A stretch of 64,000 nt of DNA from a candidate division WOR-3 bacterium (GCA_037481815.1 JBBFKX010000001.1:160001-224000), one strand, 5' to 3'; positions 8,358 through 20,250 are shown, counted from the stretch's first letter. Made by a program: numbers and translations. Notes: a model not told the origin generated them from the sequence alone.

Positions 8358-9854
8358 ATGACTCAAAAATTTAAAAATTTTATCAACGGAGAATGGGTTG
8401 ATTCAGTTACAAAAGAAACTTTTGAAAGCAGGATGCCAGCTGATTGGAGTAAAGTTGTAGGTATATTCCCGAAGTCGAATAAAGAGGATGTTGATCTTGC
8501 TGTTAGGGCAGCGAAAGAGGCATTTAAGAGTTGGAGAAAAGTACCAGCAGCAAAAAGAGGTGAACTACTTGGTAAAGTTGGCGATATAATGGTTAAAAGA
8601 AAAGAGGAAATAGCGAAACTGATGACAGAAGAAATGGGAAAAATAATTAAAGAAGCAAGGGGTGATGTTCAGGAAGGTATAGATACTGCATACTATGCGT
8701 TTGGAGAAGGAAGAAGATTTTTTGGAAGAACCTCTCCATCTGAACTCCCAAACAAGGTCGCTATAACTTTTTTAAGGCCGATAGGAGTCGCAGGACTTAT
8801 AACACCATGGAATTTCCCGATAGCGATACCAACCTGGAAAATGTTCCCGGCATTACTTTCTGGAAACACTGTTGTTTTAAAACCAGCATCAGATACTCCT
8901 GCACTCGCAACAAAACTTGTTGAGATAATGGAAGAAGCTGGATTTCCAAAAGGTGTTGTGAATCTCGTTCATGGTCCAGGTGGTGCTGTTGGAAATGCGA
9001 TTCTTGAACATAAGGATATTGGAGTTGTCTCTTTTACTGGTTCTTCTGAAATTGGAAGACATATCGCATCAGTTTGTGGAAGAACCTTGAAAAGAGTTTC
9101 TCTTGAATTGGGTGGAAAGAATGCTCAGATAGTTATGGATGATGCTGACATCGATCTTGCTGTAGATGGTGTTCTGTTTGGTGCTTTTGGAACAGCGGGA
9201 CAGAGATGCACAGCAACATCAAGGTTGATACTGCATGAAAAGATCCATGATCTTTTTGTTGAGAAACTGGTTAAAAGAACTGAAGAGTTGAAATTAGGTT
9301 ATCCATGGGATGAAAGCATAGATGTAGGTCCGGTGATCAACGAGTCATCTATGAACAAAATATTAGAATATGTTAAAATCGGGAAAGACGAGGGTGCAAA
9401 ACTTGTAACAGGTGGTTATAGATATCAGGAAGGTGTATGTAAAAATGGATGGTTTATTAAACCAACGATTTTTGTTGATGTTAAACCAGGAATGAGAATT
9501 GAGCAGGAAGAGATTTTTGGACCTGTTCTTTCAGTTATCAAAGTAAAAAGTTTTGAGGAAGCGATAGATGTTCTCAACGATGTTGAGTATGGACTTTCAA
9601 GTTCAATCTATACCAAAAATGTAAACCTTGCATTCAAGGCGATAGAGGATATTGATACTGGAATAACTTATGTCAATGGCCCAACGATAGGAGCAGAATG
9701 TCATCTCCCATTTGGAGGTACAAAGAATACAGGAAACGGTCATAGAGAAGGTGGATGGACTGTTTATGAGATATTCACAGAACAAAAAACTGTATATATA
9801 GATTATTCCGGTAAATTGCAGAAAGCGCAAATAGATGTCAGTATAGAAAAATAA
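8358..9854 (+). CDS. Aldehyde dehydrogenase family protein
   Basis: ITPWNFP, KPA, FTGS, LELGGK, GQRCTA (catalytic Cys), EEIFGP, PFGG motifs. Confidence 0.95.
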   Translation: MTQKFKNFINGEWVDSVTKETFESRMPADWSKVVGIFPKSNKEDVDLAVRAAKEAFKSWRKVPAAKRGELLGKVGDIMVKRKEEIAKLMTEEMGKIIKEARGDVQEGIDTAYYAFGEGRRFFGRTSPSELPNKVAITFLRPIGVAGLITPWNFPIAIPTWKMFPALLSGNTVVLKPASDTPALATKLVEIMEEAGFPKGVVNLVHGPGGAVGNAILEHKDIGVVSFTGSSEIGRHIASVCGRTLKRVSLELGGKNAQIVMDDADIDLAVDGVLFGAFGTAGQRCTATSRLILHEKIHDLFVEKLVKRTEELKLGYPWDESIDVGPVINESSMNKILEYVKIGKDEGAKLVTGGYRYQEGVCKNGWFIKPTIFVDVKPGMRIEQEEIFGPVLSVIKVKSFEEAIDVLNDVEYGLSSSIYTKNVNLAFKAIEDIDTGITYVNGPTIGAECHLPFGGTKNTGNGHREGGWTVYEIFTEQKTVYIDYSGKLQKAQIDVSIEK

Positions 9855-9878
9855 AGGGGAATTTATTTCCCCTTTTTT
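9853..9878 (+). terminator. Probable intrinsic terminator
   Basis: AAAGGGGAA-TTTAT-TTCCCCTTT hairpin followed by T run, at the ALDH stop codon. Confidence 0.65.
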
Positions 9879-9892
9879 GAAAAGGAGTTTTA

Positions 9893-10378
9893 ATGAAAAG
9901 GTTTTTTTATATTTCAATTTTAATTGTTTTATTTTTTACATCGTGTATGTTACTCCCTTTACCTCAGAGTGCTGAACTTGAGTTGAGTTATTCTCCAAAC
10001 CCAGTAACGGACGGAACGTACAGTGCAACAAATGGTTGGTCATTCTATGCTGATATTACCATAAAAGAAAACAACAATATTGGTGTTACACTCGGTAATT
10101 ACGGACCAGAAGGATGCTGTTGTTATGGACAACTCATAGTAAACGGTAATGTCGTTGAAACCTATTATTATGATGATGATGAAGTTAAGAGTTGGTTCGG
10201 TACTTTAAGGATAGATGGTGGAAGTTCTATTAAAGAAGATAATGCGCTTTTCACGACCGGAAACTATACCTCTTCAGAAATGGTTGAAACTTATTATGGC
10301 AAAGATGATAACGGTAACATAGTGAGTTGTACGAATACATTAGTATTGAATGCAACAAAAAAAATTAAAAAAATATGA
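9893..10378 (+). CDS. Hypothetical lipoprotein
   Basis: MKRFF-hydrophobic-FTSC lipobox; AAGGAG SD. Confidence 0.65.
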   Translation: MKRFFYISILIVLFFTSCMLLPLPQSAELELSYSPNPVTDGTYSATNGWSFYADITIKENNNIGVTLGNYGPEGCCCYGQLIVNGNVVETYYYDDDEVKSWFGTLRIDGGSSIKEDNALFTTGNYTSSEMVETYYGKDDNGNIVSCTNTLVLNATKKIKKI

Positions 10379-10893
10379 AATGCCCGTACTGTGGTTTTGA
10401 AGAAAATAGAGTTATAGATTCAAGAGCGAGTAAAGATGGCCAGAGTGTTAGAAGAAGAAGGGAATGTCTTCAATGTAAAAAAAGGTTTACAACATATGAG
10501 TATGTTGAAAAAACACCTTTACTCGTTATCAAAAGGGATGGCAGAAGAGAACCGTATGCAAGAGACAAACTGATAGAAGGTATCAGAACCGCCTGCAGGA
10601 AAAGGCCTGTTTCAAATGAAAGTATCAACAAAATAGTTGAAGATGTTGAAAGAAAACTCTTTGCAAAAGAATCTGAGGAGGTGGAATCAAAAATCATCGG
10701 AGAGATCGTTATGGAACAATTAAAGGAGATAGATGAGATCTCCTATGTCAGATTTGCTTCCGTCTACAGACAATTCAAAGATATGAACGAGTTTATAGAT
10801 GAGTTGAACTCGCTCTTAAACAAAGGAGACAAAAATGGTAATAAAAGAGACAAACATAAAAGAATTAAGGATGATATCAAAGGGAAAGGTTAG
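10375..10893 (+). CDS. nrdR: Transcriptional repressor NrdR
   Basis: MKCPYC...RRRRECLQCKKRFTTYE zinc ribbon; ATP cone; YVRFASVY. Confidence 0.97.
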   Translation: MKCPYCGFEENRVIDSRASKDGQSVRRRRECLQCKKRFTTYEYVEKTPLLVIKRDGRREPYARDKLIEGIRTACRKRPVSNESINKIVEDVERKLFAKESEEVESKIIGEIVMEQLKEIDEISYVRFASVYRQFKDMNEFIDELNSLLNKGDKNGNKRDKHKRIKDDIKGKG

Positions 10894-11719
10894 AGATATA
10901 TATGAGTTTGAAAATGATAAACTTCTTATTGTAACAACGGATAGAATATCAGCATTCGATTTTGTGCTTGAAAATGGAATTGAGGGAAAAGGAAAAGTTT
11001 TAAACAAACTATCGAAATTCTTTTTTGAACTCACAAAAAATATCGTTAAAAACCATTTTCTCTATGATGATTTTGATTCACTTCCAAAGGAACTAAAAAA
11101 GTATGAATACTTAAAAGATAGATTTATGATAGTCAGGAAAGCAAAACCGATTCCTTTTGAATGCATCGTGAGAGGTTATATAACTGGAAGCGCTTGGAGT
11201 GAATATGTTAAAACGCAAACTGTTGGAGGTAGTTTTATGAGGGGAGGATATTTTGAATCAGAAAAATTTGATGAACCTCTTTTTACTCCAACAACAAAAG
11301 CGGAAACAGGACACGATGAAAATGTTTCGTTTGAATATATGAGAGAAAAACTTGGCGATGAACTTGCAAAGAAGTTGAAAGATTTATCACTCCAACTTTA
11401 CAGATTTGGGTCAGAGTTCCTTTCAGAAAAAAATATCATTCTTGCTGATACAAAATTCGAATTTGGATTACTTGATGGTGAAGTGATTCTTATCGATGAA
11501 ATTTTTACTCCCGATTCTTCAAGATTCTGGTTAAAGGAAACATATGAGGTTGGAAAAAAGCAGGAACCTTTTGATAAACAACTCATCAGAAATTATCTTC
11601 TTTCAACCGATTGGGATCGAAAATCGCAACCTCCACAACTTTCAGATGAGATAGTCGAAAAAACTTCTGAAATATATAAAAAAATATACAATTTGATCAC
11701 AGATGAAAAAATATCCTGA
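10835..11719 (+). CDS. purC: SAICAR synthetase
   Basis: GKVRDIY, TDRISAFD, ECIVRGY, DTKFEFG, DEIFTPDSSRFW, DKQ. Confidence 0.96.
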   Translation: MVIKETNIKELRMISKGKVRDIYEFENDKLLIVTTDRISAFDFVLENGIEGKGKVLNKLSKFFFELTKNIVKNHFLYDDFDSLPKELKKYEYLKDRFMIVRKAKPIPFECIVRGYITGSAWSEYVKTQTVGGSFMRGGYFESEKFDEPLFTPTTKAETGHDENVSFEYMREKLGDELAKKLKDLSLQLYRFGSEFLSEKNIILADTKFEFGLLDGEVILIDEIFTPDSSRFWLKETYEVGKKQEPFDKQLIRNYLLSTDWDRKSQPPQLSDEIVEKTSEIYKKIYNLITDEKIS

Positions 11720-14183
11720 TAGTTTGCTTAGAAAAGTCAAAAATCCAGTTCAGTATATAGGTAATGAGTTCAATTTGATAAAAAAGGATCCTGAAAAAAA
11801 AATAAGGATTTTACTTTCCTTTCCTGATCTATACTCAATAGGAATGTCCTCTCTCGGGCATCTTTTGAATTATTATTATTTCAACTCTTATGATGATGTT
11901 TACGCTGAAAGGGTATACGCTGTAGAAAAAGATATGGAAGAACTTTTGAGAGAAAAGCAAATCTCTCTTCTTTCGCTTGAAACGAAAACTCAGATAAAAG
12001 ATTTTGACCTTATCGGATTCACTGTTGAATATGAGTTAACATTCACAAATATTTTGCAGATCCTTGATCTTGGCAAAATCCCTTTATTCTCAAGAGATAG
12101 AGATGAAAGGTATCCTCTTATCATCGCTGGTGGAACTGTTACTTTTAACCCTCTTCCGATAAAAGATTTTGTTGATATTTTCTTTATTGGTGAAAGTGAA
12201 GAGATGGTTGAGGATATAATTTCAATAATGAGAAAATTAAAATGGGGGGAAATCACAAAGTATCAGGCATTACAACTTTTTGATCAACTCGATTACACAT
12301 ACATACCACAACTTTCAGGGAAAAATAAAGATGTTTTCCAAAGAATAGATGAAGGATTTTACGAAAGAAAAAATTTTACAAATCCGATAATCCCTATCGG
12401 TAAAACGGTTTATGAAAGGGATGTTGTCGAGATAAGCAGGGGCTGCACGAGAGGGTGTAGATTCTGTCAGGCAGGATACATCTATAGACCTGTAAGAGAA
12501 AAGAAAAAGGAACTCATTATCAGTGATTGCACGGAAATTGTAAAAAATTCCGGTTACGATGAGATAACACTTTTGTCTTTGTCCGCAACCGATTATAGAG
12601 AACTTTTTCCACTTTTAAAAAACTTAAACAAAAATCTTTCGAAAAACAAAGTATCTATTTCGCTTCCTTCTTTGAGGATCGGTGAAATCAAAAATGATCT
12701 TTTGAAAGAGATTTCGGATATAAGAAAATCTGGTTTAACAATAGCAGTTGAAACAGGTTCAGAAAGGTTAAAAAAGGTTATAAACAAAAACATATCTAAC
12801 GATGAAATCTTTGAGACGATAGAAAGAGGGAAAAATCTTGGTTGGAAACATATAAAACTTTATTTTATGGTTGGACTGCCTTATGAAAATGATAATGATA
12901 TTGAAGAAAGTGTGAATTTATTGAATGATCTTGGTAAAAGATTTAAAGAATTTGTTATAAATGTTTCAATATCTCCATTTGTTGCAAGACCCTTTACTCC
13001 GTTTCAATGGGTGAAACAGGATGATATAGAAACAACAAAAGAAAAAATTTCAAAAATTTTAAATGGAGTCAAATACAAAAATGTTCATATCACCTACAGG
13101 GATCCAGAGATCTCATTTCTTGAGGGGGTTTTTGCAAGAGGTGATGAAAAGTTAAACCCTCTTGTTTATGAAGCTTACAAAAAAGGTTGTCGTCTCGATG
13201 AATGGAGTGAATATTTTGATTTTAAAAAATGGTATGAAGCATCACAAAATGTTGGTATTGAAATGGGGAATTATTTAAGAGAAAGAATGATTGACGAAGA
13301 GTTACCATGGGATTTTATAAACTGTAAGGTTTCTAAAAGTTATCTTGAAAAAGAGTATCTTGCATCACAGAAAGAGATTTTTACAGAAGATTGTCGAAGG
13401 GATAAGTGTACAGGATGTGGAGCATGTAAAGGTGAAATCGCTGGTGAACTTATCGAAGAAAAATCTGAACAGTTTTCAAATGTCAACGATTTTATCAGAA
13501 GAAAACAGAAAAAATTGATAAACCCGTTGGTTAAGAAAACGAAACTTCTTTTACTTTATTCTGTTGATCCGGTGTTCCAATATGTATCACATCTTAACAT
13601 GATAAACATTTTAAATACTGGTTTTCGAAGATCAAAACTCCCATTTGTTTATACACAAGGGTTCAATCCAAGGATAAAGATGAATCTGGGTTATCCAAAA
13701 CCGGTTTTTGTTTATTCTCAGATGGAGATGGTTGAAGTTTATCTTGAAGGTTTGTTTGTTGATAATATTCTTGATGTTCTAAATAGATCTTTCCCTGATG
13801 GAATAAGATTTTTCTATGCAAAAGAACTATTGAATGAAAAGGATTCAGTGATCTCAAAAATCAACAGGAGTGTGATGGTTTTTGAACTGGATGTTCAACA
13901 GAAGAATATTGATTGTGTTAAAAGGTTTCTTGAAAGTGAACATTTCCCTGTAAAAAGAGTTATAAAAGAAAGAGAAGAAGAAGTTGATATCAGAAAATAT
14001 ATTGATATAATTGAAATAGGTAAAGGATTTATGAAGGTGGTTTTAATTTTGGGAAAGGAAGGGAACATAAAATTTGAAGAATTGTATAAAAAGGTTTTAT
14101 GTATTGATGAACTTAAGGATATAAATGTTTACAGAGAAAAATTTTTCATCTCTGAAAATGGAAAGATAATTGAGGTTAGATGA
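11703..14183 (+). CDS. TIGR03960-type B12-binding radical SAM protein fused to TIGR03936 (DUF2344) domain
   Basis: FPDLYSIGMS, RGCTRGCRFCQAG, LPWD, CxxxxCxxCGAC; C-terminal YVSHL...YTQGFNPR domain. Confidence 0.88.
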   Translation: MKKYPDSLLRKVKNPVQYIGNEFNLIKKDPEKKIRILLSFPDLYSIGMSSLGHLLNYYYFNSYDDVYAERVYAVEKDMEELLREKQISLLSLETKTQIKDFDLIGFTVEYELTFTNILQILDLGKIPLFSRDRDERYPLIIAGGTVTFNPLPIKDFVDIFFIGESEEMVEDIISIMRKLKWGEITKYQALQLFDQLDYTYIPQLSGKNKDVFQRIDEGFYERKNFTNPIIPIGKTVYERDVVEISRGCTRGCRFCQAGYIYRPVREKKKELIISDCTEIVKNSGYDEITLLSLSATDYRELFPLLKNLNKNLSKNKVSISLPSLRIGEIKNDLLKEISDIRKSGLTIAVETGSERLKKVINKNISNDEIFETIERGKNLGWKHIKLYFMVGLPYENDNDIEESVNLLNDLGKRFKEFVINVSISPFVARPFTPFQWVKQDDIETTKEKISKILNGVKYKNVHITYRDPEISFLEGVFARGDEKLNPLVYEAYKKGCRLDEWSEYFDFKKWYEASQNVGIEMGNYLRERMIDEELPWDFINCKVSKSYLEKEYLASQKEIFTEDCRRDKCTGCGACKGEIAGELIEEKSEQFSNVNDFIRRKQKKLINPLVKKTKLLLLYSVDPVFQYVSHLNMINILNTGFRRSKLPFVYTQGFNPRIKMNLGYPKPVFVYSQMEMVEVYLEGLFVDNILDVLNRSFPDGIRFFYAKELLNEKDSVISKINRSVMVFELDVQQKNIDCVKRFLESEHFPVKRVIKEREEEVDIRKYIDIIEIGKGFMKVVLILGKEGNIKFEELYKKVLCIDELKDINVYREKFFISENGKIIEVR

Positions 14184-15670
14184 TGAATGAACTTTTTATT
14201 TCTAAAGTTGAAAATAGTATAATCATCGCGTTGAAAGAGGATTCAAAACTGGTTGAGATCAGTGTTGATGATACAACGAAAAGTTCACTAGTTGGAAATA
14301 TTTATAAAGCAAGGATCGAACATATTTCAGAAGGTATACAGGCAGCTTTTGTTGATATTGGAGAAAAAAAGAAAGCATTTCTTCCTTTGAATACTCCTGA
14401 TGGCAAAGTGAAATTTGAATATTTTGGTGAGATCGATGAGGATGTTGAAAATTTTATGGAAATAAAGGAGGGAGATGAGATCCTTGTACAGGTTGTGAGA
14501 GACGAGATAAACTCGAAAGGTGCAAAACTCTCATCTTACATTTCAATCGCTGGAAATTATCTGATTCTTGTCCCATTTGTCCATTTTATCGGAGTATCAA
14601 AACAGATAAAAGATAAAGAGTTCAAGTCATCGATAAAATCTTTCATATATTCTTTTTTACCTCAGGATATGGGAGTTATAGTGAGAACTGCTGCACTTGA
14701 TGCAAAACCCACGATTTTGAAAAAAGAATTTTTTGAACTTTTAAAAATATGGGATAAGATAGTAAAAAACATTGATAAGAAAAAATCTCCTACATTACTT
14801 TATAGGGAATCTTCTCTTGTGATAAAAACGATTAGAAATCTGATGAAAAGAAACCTTGATTCTATATATGTTGATTCCAGAGAGATTTTCAATGAAGTTA
14901 CAAATTATTTAACATTTATAAACCCTCTGTTGAAAAGTAAAGTTAATCTTTATAAATTTAAAATTCCAATGCTTTCTTACTTTGAGATTGATAAGGAAAT
15001 AGAGAAGATGACAAAACCTGAAGTTTATCTGAAAGGTGGTGTTTCCATAGTTATCGAAACTACTGAAGCTTTAACAGCAATAGATGTGAATTCAGGAAAA
15101 ATTTCAAAAAGTCGAGATGATAATAATCTAGTTAAAGATATCAACCTTATGGCAGCTGAAGAGATTGCAAGACAATTGAGGTTAAGAGATATAGGTGGTC
15201 TTATCGTTATAGATTTTATCGACATGGATGATGAACAGTCAAGGAAAGAAGTTTTCAATTATCTGAAAAAATGTTTAAAAAATGATCGTTCAACGACAAA
15301 GACCTTGAAACTTTCACAGTTTGGCCTGGTTGAAATGACGAGGAAAAAGATCGGGCCTTCAGTTACTATGAATTTTGTAGAGAAATGTCAATGTTGTGAT
15401 GGGAGAGGATATATTGCAAAACCAATATTTCTTGGCTTGAAACTTACAAGATGGATCAAAGAGAATATTAAAAACTATACAAACGATACTCTAATAATAA
15501 ACTGCAATAAAGAACTATCTGATGTCATTGAAAAGGATCTTTATAAATATTTTGAAAGTTTAATGAAAGATTATAAAGTTAATATTAAAATAGAAAAAAT
15601 CGATTCATTTAAAACAGGTTATGAGATATACTCGTTAAACAAACTTGAAAAAATCGCTTATGTGTTTTAA
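14180..15670 (+). CDS. Ribonuclease E/G family protein
   Basis: GNIYKARI, AAFVDIG, IVRTAA, TEALTAIDVNSG, RQLRLRDIGGLIVIDFIDM, GLVEMTR, CxxC. Confidence 0.93.
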   Translation: MMNELFISKVENSIIIALKEDSKLVEISVDDTTKSSLVGNIYKARIEHISEGIQAAFVDIGEKKKAFLPLNTPDGKVKFEYFGEIDEDVENFMEIKEGDEILVQVVRDEINSKGAKLSSYISIAGNYLILVPFVHFIGVSKQIKDKEFKSSIKSFIYSFLPQDMGVIVRTAALDAKPTILKKEFFELLKIWDKIVKNIDKKKSPTLLYRESSLVIKTIRNLMKRNLDSIYVDSREIFNEVTNYLTFINPLLKSKVNLYKFKIPMLSYFEIDKEIEKMTKPEVYLKGGVSIVIETTEALTAIDVNSGKISKSRDDNNLVKDINLMAAEEIARQLRLRDIGGLIVIDFIDMDDEQSRKEVFNYLKKCLKNDRSTTKTLKLSQFGLVEMTRKKIGPSVTMNFVEKCQCCDGRGYIAKPIFLGLKLTRWIKENIKNYTNDTLIINCNKELSDVIEKDLYKYFESLMKDYKVNIKIEKIDSFKTGYEIYSLNKLEKIAYVF

Positions 15671-16687
<1,017 letters not shown>

Positions 16688-16689
16688 TT

Positions 16690-17877
16690 ATGAGATTTAA
16701 AAAGGTTGATCAGTTGAATGTTAAAAACAAAAATGTTTTAATAAGAGTAGATTACAATGTTCCAATCGAAAATGGAAAGGTTCTTGAAAACAAAAGGATC
16801 GTGGAGAATTTGCCAACCCTGGAATATTTAATTGAAAATGGTGCAAAAATCATAATACTTTCTCACCTTGGCAGACCTAAAGGTTTTGATAAGCAATTTT
16901 CATTGTTGCCTGTTAAAGAAGAACTTGAAAAGTTGCTAAAAAGGGAAGTCCTCTTTGTTGATGATTTTCTTGTTGAAGGAGTAAAAGAAAAAATTGATTC
17001 TCTTCCCAATCCATCGGTGATCATGTTTGAAAATGTGAGGTTTTTCAAAGGAGAAAAGGATGGTGAAGAGAGTTATGTTAACAAACTTCTCTCTTTTGGA
17101 GATGTTTATGTTAACGATGGGTTTGCTGTTTCACACAGAAAAGAAGCATCCATATATCATCTTCCTTTAAAAATCAAAGATAGATGTGCAGGATTTTTGC
17201 TATCAAAAGAGATCGAAAATCTTTCAAAATTGAACGAAAACCCTTTAAAACCTTATGTTTTTGTTGTTGGTGGTTCAAAAGTTTCAACAAAACTGACAAT
17301 AATAGATAATATCATGAACAATGCATCGACTGTTATTATCGGAGGTGCTTTATCTTTTACATTTTTAAAATCACAGGGATTTTCTGTTGGGAAATCTCTT
17401 GTTGAAGATGACATGATCGATGAATGCAAAAAGATATTCAAAATCGCTAATGAAAAGATGGTCAACATCCTTTTACCACTCGATTTTGTTGTTGCAAAAA
17501 ATCTTGATGGAACAGGTAGAAGAGTTGAAAAGAGAGAATCGTTTGAAAACGATGATATCGGTCTTGACATTGGACCACTTTCGATAGAAATTTTTAAAGC
17601 TGCTTTAAAAGGTTCAAAAACCATCGTCTGGAATGGTCCGATGGGGTATTTTGAAAACAGTTTATTTGAGAAGGGAACACTTGAAATCGGTAAAGCGATA
17701 GCAGAGGAAACAGAAAAGGGATCCTTTACCGTTGCAGGTGGTGGTGACAGTTTACTCGCAATAGATAAACTAAACCTTTCCTCTTCTTTTTCATTTATTT
17801 CAACCGGTGGTGGAGCCATGCTTGAATTTTTAGGTGGTGTTGAGATGCCAGGGATAAAGGTTCTTCAGGAGGAATGA
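16690..17877 (+). CDS. pgk: Phosphoglycerate kinase
   Basis: RVDYNVP, SHLGRP, GGSKVSTK, WNGPMG, GGGDS, STGGGA; ATG 16690 after GAGGTG SD. Confidence 0.97.
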   Translation: MRFKKVDQLNVKNKNVLIRVDYNVPIENGKVLENKRIVENLPTLEYLIENGAKIIILSHLGRPKGFDKQFSLLPVKEELEKLLKREVLFVDDFLVEGVKEKIDSLPNPSVIMFENVRFFKGEKDGEESYVNKLLSFGDVYVNDGFAVSHRKEASIYHLPLKIKDRCAGFLLSKEIENLSKLNENPLKPYVFVVGGSKVSTKLTIIDNIMNNASTVIIGGALSFTFLKSQGFSVGKSLVEDDMIDECKKIFKIANEKMVNILLPLDFVVAKNLDGTGRRVEKRESFENDDIGLDIGPLSIEIFKAALKGSKTIVWNGPMGYFENSLFEKGTLEIGKAIAEETEKGSFTVAGGGDSLLAIDKLNLSSSFSFISTGGGAMLEFLGGVEMPGIKVLQEE

Positions 17878-18629
17878 TGAGAAAAGTTTATGTTGCAGGC
17901 AACTGGAAAATGAACCTTGTTGATGATATAGAACCGATTAAAAAGATTTCAAATGAAGTTAAAAATGATATTGAAGTTATAGTTTTTCCGCCGTTCACTC
18001 ATCTATCAGCATACAGCAGTACTTTAAAAGGAAGTAAAGTCAAAATCGGTGCTCAGAATGTTTTTTATGAGGATAAAGGTGCATACACAGGGGAAATATC
18101 TTACAAGTTTATTGAAGAATTTGGATGCGATTATGTAATTTTAGGACATTCAGAGAGAAGAAATCTTTTTAAAGAAGATGACCAGATGATATCTTTGAAA
18201 TTGAAAAAAATACTCTCAACGAATATCAAACCGATACTCTGTGTTGGGGAAAAAGAAGATGAAAGAAGTTTGAACAAGCAAAAATTTGTTGTAGAAAATC
18301 AATTAAAAATCTGTCTTGGGGGTATTGAAAATAATTTCAAAAACATTATAATAGCGTATGAACCTGTGTGGGCTATAGGTACAGGTAAAAATGCTACACC
18401 ATTTGATGCACAGGAGATGCACTCTTTCATAAGAGAGCAACTTTCTTTTTTATTTGGAAAGAATATCTCCTGTGAAATTTCTATACTTTATGGTGGTAGT
18501 GTAACTGATGAGAATGTGAAAGATCTATTCAGAGAGGATGATGTTGATGGAGTCCTTGTTGGTGGGGCGTCTTTGAAAGGTGAAAAATTTGCAAGGATAA
18601 TTGAAACAGTTAATAAAAGTTTAATTTAG
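17874..18629 (+). CDS. tpiA: Triosephosphate isomerase
   Basis: AGNWKMN, GHSERR, AYEPVWAIGTG, YGGSV, LVGGASL. Confidence 0.98.
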   Translation: MMRKVYVAGNWKMNLVDDIEPIKKISNEVKNDIEVIVFPPFTHLSAYSSTLKGSKVKIGAQNVFYEDKGAYTGEISYKFIEEFGCDYVILGHSERRNLFKEDDQMISLKLKKILSTNIKPILCVGEKEDERSLNKQKFVVENQLKICLGGIENNFKNIIIAYEPVWAIGTGKNATPFDAQEMHSFIREQLSFLFGKNISCEISILYGGSVTDENVKDLFREDDVDGVLVGGASLKGEKFARIIETVNKSLI

Positions 18630-18641
18630 GAGGTTGTTAAA

Positions 18642-19007
18642 TTGTTTACATTGATTTTAATAATCCATATTCTTGTATCAGTACTTTTGGTTGTTTTGAT
18701 TCTATTACAACAATCAAAAGGTGGAATGTCAGAAATGTTTGGTGGTTCTCAAGAAAATCTTTTATCCGGTTTAGGGGCTGAAAACTTTTTAACAAAAACA
18801 ACTGCAGTGCTTGCTGTTGTTTTTATGATAACAAGTTTTTCACTTGCGATTATGACAAGTAAAGCAAATAGAGCACAGTCGATAAAAATTGAAAACAAAA
18901 TCCCGGTTCAAAACGAAGTACCACAGAACGCTCCAGACCAGAATTTACCTGAGCAGAATCCATCTATACCTTTAAACAATTTACCTACAAACGAAGGAGG
19001 AAAATGA
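18642..19007 (+). CDS. secG: Preprotein translocase subunit SecG
   Basis: ILLQQSKGG...FGG...FLTKTTA; two TM segments; follows tpiA; TTG start after AGGAGG. Confidence 0.92.
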   Translation: MFTLILIIHILVSVLLVVLILLQQSKGGMSEMFGGSQENLLSGLGAENFLTKTTAVLAVVFMITSFSLAIMTSKANRAQSIKIENKIPVQNEVPQNAPDQNLPEQNPSIPLNNLPTNEGGK

Positions 19008-19324
19008 TGTTTGCAATAGTGGAGATCAATGGATTTCAATACAAGGTCGAAGAAAATCAAACTATAAAATTGACAAAGGTTTCCGATTTTGAAAAAGGAA
19101 AGAAGATCGAAACAGATAAAGTCCTTTTTGTTCAAAACGATAAAGGATTCAATATTGGAAAACCTTATGTTAAAGGTGCAAAGGTTGTTTTAGAACTTAT
19201 AGATGAAGGTAAGGGTAAAAAAATAGAAGTTATGAAATTCAGAAGAAGATCAAACTATAAAAGGATAAAAGGGTACAGAGATATTTATACAATTGCGAAA
19301 ATAGAAAAAATAGTTACGCCCTGA
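19004..19324 (+). CDS. rplU: 50S ribosomal protein L21
   Basis: [39 protein letters not shown]. Confidence 0.95.
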   Translation: MMFAIVEINGFQYKVEENQTIKLTKVSDFEKGKKIETDKVLFVQNDKGFNIGKPYVKGAKVVLELIDEGKGKKIEVMKFRRRSNYKRIKGYRDIYTIAKIEKIVTP

Positions 19325-19333
19325 GGAGGATTT

Positions 19334-19591
19334 ATGGCACACAAGAAAGGAGTAGGGTCATCGAGAAATGGAAGAGATTCGAACCCAAAATATCTAGGTG
19401 TGAAAAGGTCAGAAGGTGAATTTGTAAAAGCAGGAACTATACTTGTTAGACAAAAAGGAACAGTTTTTCATCCTGGAATGAATGTCGGGATGGGTTCTGA
19501 CAACACTCTTTTTGCGATGATAGATGGAGTGGTTAAATTTCAAAGATTTGGGAAATTCAGAAAAAAGGTTTTTGTTGAAGGGAAGGAATGA
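19334..19591 (+). CDS. rpmA: 50S ribosomal protein L27
   Basis: [24 protein letters not shown]. Confidence 0.98.
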   Translation: MAHKKGVGSSRNGRDSNPKYLGVKRSEGEFVKAGTILVRQKGTVFHPGMNVGMGSDNTLFAMIDGVVKFQRFGKFRKKVFVEGKE

Positions 19592-20232
19592 TGAAGATTG
19601 TGTGGTATGGCCACGCATCATTTCAACTCAATATTGAAAACAAAAAAATAATTTTTGACCCGTATCAGAAAGATGGATACGGGTCTTCTTTTAGATACAA
19701 GGGAAATTTTGAGGATCCAGATATCGTTTTAATATCACATAATCATTCAGACCACAATTTCAGAGATTTTAAAAACAGCCCAAAAATAATTGACAGAGAA
19801 GGGACATACAACATAGACAATATGAAAATAGAAGGAATAAAAACTTTTCATGATCATGAGAAAGGGAAAAAAAGAGGAGAGAATATAGTTTTTGTGGTTC
19901 ATACAGAAAAAGGTAAAATAATACATTTTGGAGATATAGGACATATACCTTCTTCAGAAATTTTAAAAAAATTTTTGGACCCATACATAATAATGATTCC
20001 AGTCGGTGGATATTTTACTATAGATCATAAGGAAGCGAACGATATTATTGAAAATATATCACCACTTTATGTTTTCCCGATGCATTATAAGACAGAATTT
20101 GTTGATTTTCCGATAAGTCCGATCAACAGTTTCCTTGAGATCAATCAAAATTATAAGGTCAAAAGAAAAGATTATTTTGATGATTCTTCTGAAGAACTTG
20201 AAAATTCAATATATATTCTGAACATCTACTGA
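19588..20232 (+). CDS. MBL-fold metallo-hydrolase
   Basis: WYGHASF, SHNHSDH, HFGD, PVGG, PMHY. Confidence 0.9.
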   Translation: MMKIVWYGHASFQLNIENKKIIFDPYQKDGYGSSFRYKGNFEDPDIVLISHNHSDHNFRDFKNSPKIIDREGTYNIDNMKIEGIKTFHDHEKGKKRGENIVFVVHTEKGKIIHFGDIGHIPSSEILKKFLDPYIIMIPVGGYFTIDHKEANDIIENISPLYVFPMHYKTEFVDFPISPINSFLEINQNYKVKRKDYFDDSSEELENSIYILNIY

Positions 20233-20250
20233 TTTTCTCCTGGAGGAAAA

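Noticed and set aside
10835..10893. 59-bp nrdR/purC overlap as a regulatory device
   Set aside because: Most simply a low-complexity C-terminal run-on of NrdR or a later purC start (ATG 10871); no NrdR box recognised.
17860..17890. Possible Thermotoga-style Pgk-Tpi fusion by programmed frameshift
   Set aside because: Junction is an ordinary ATGA overlap with its own AGGAGG SD; no obvious slippery sequence.
19324..19334. Missing prp protease gene between rplU and rpmA
   Set aside because: L27 starts directly with MAHKKG, so no processing is needed; normal.
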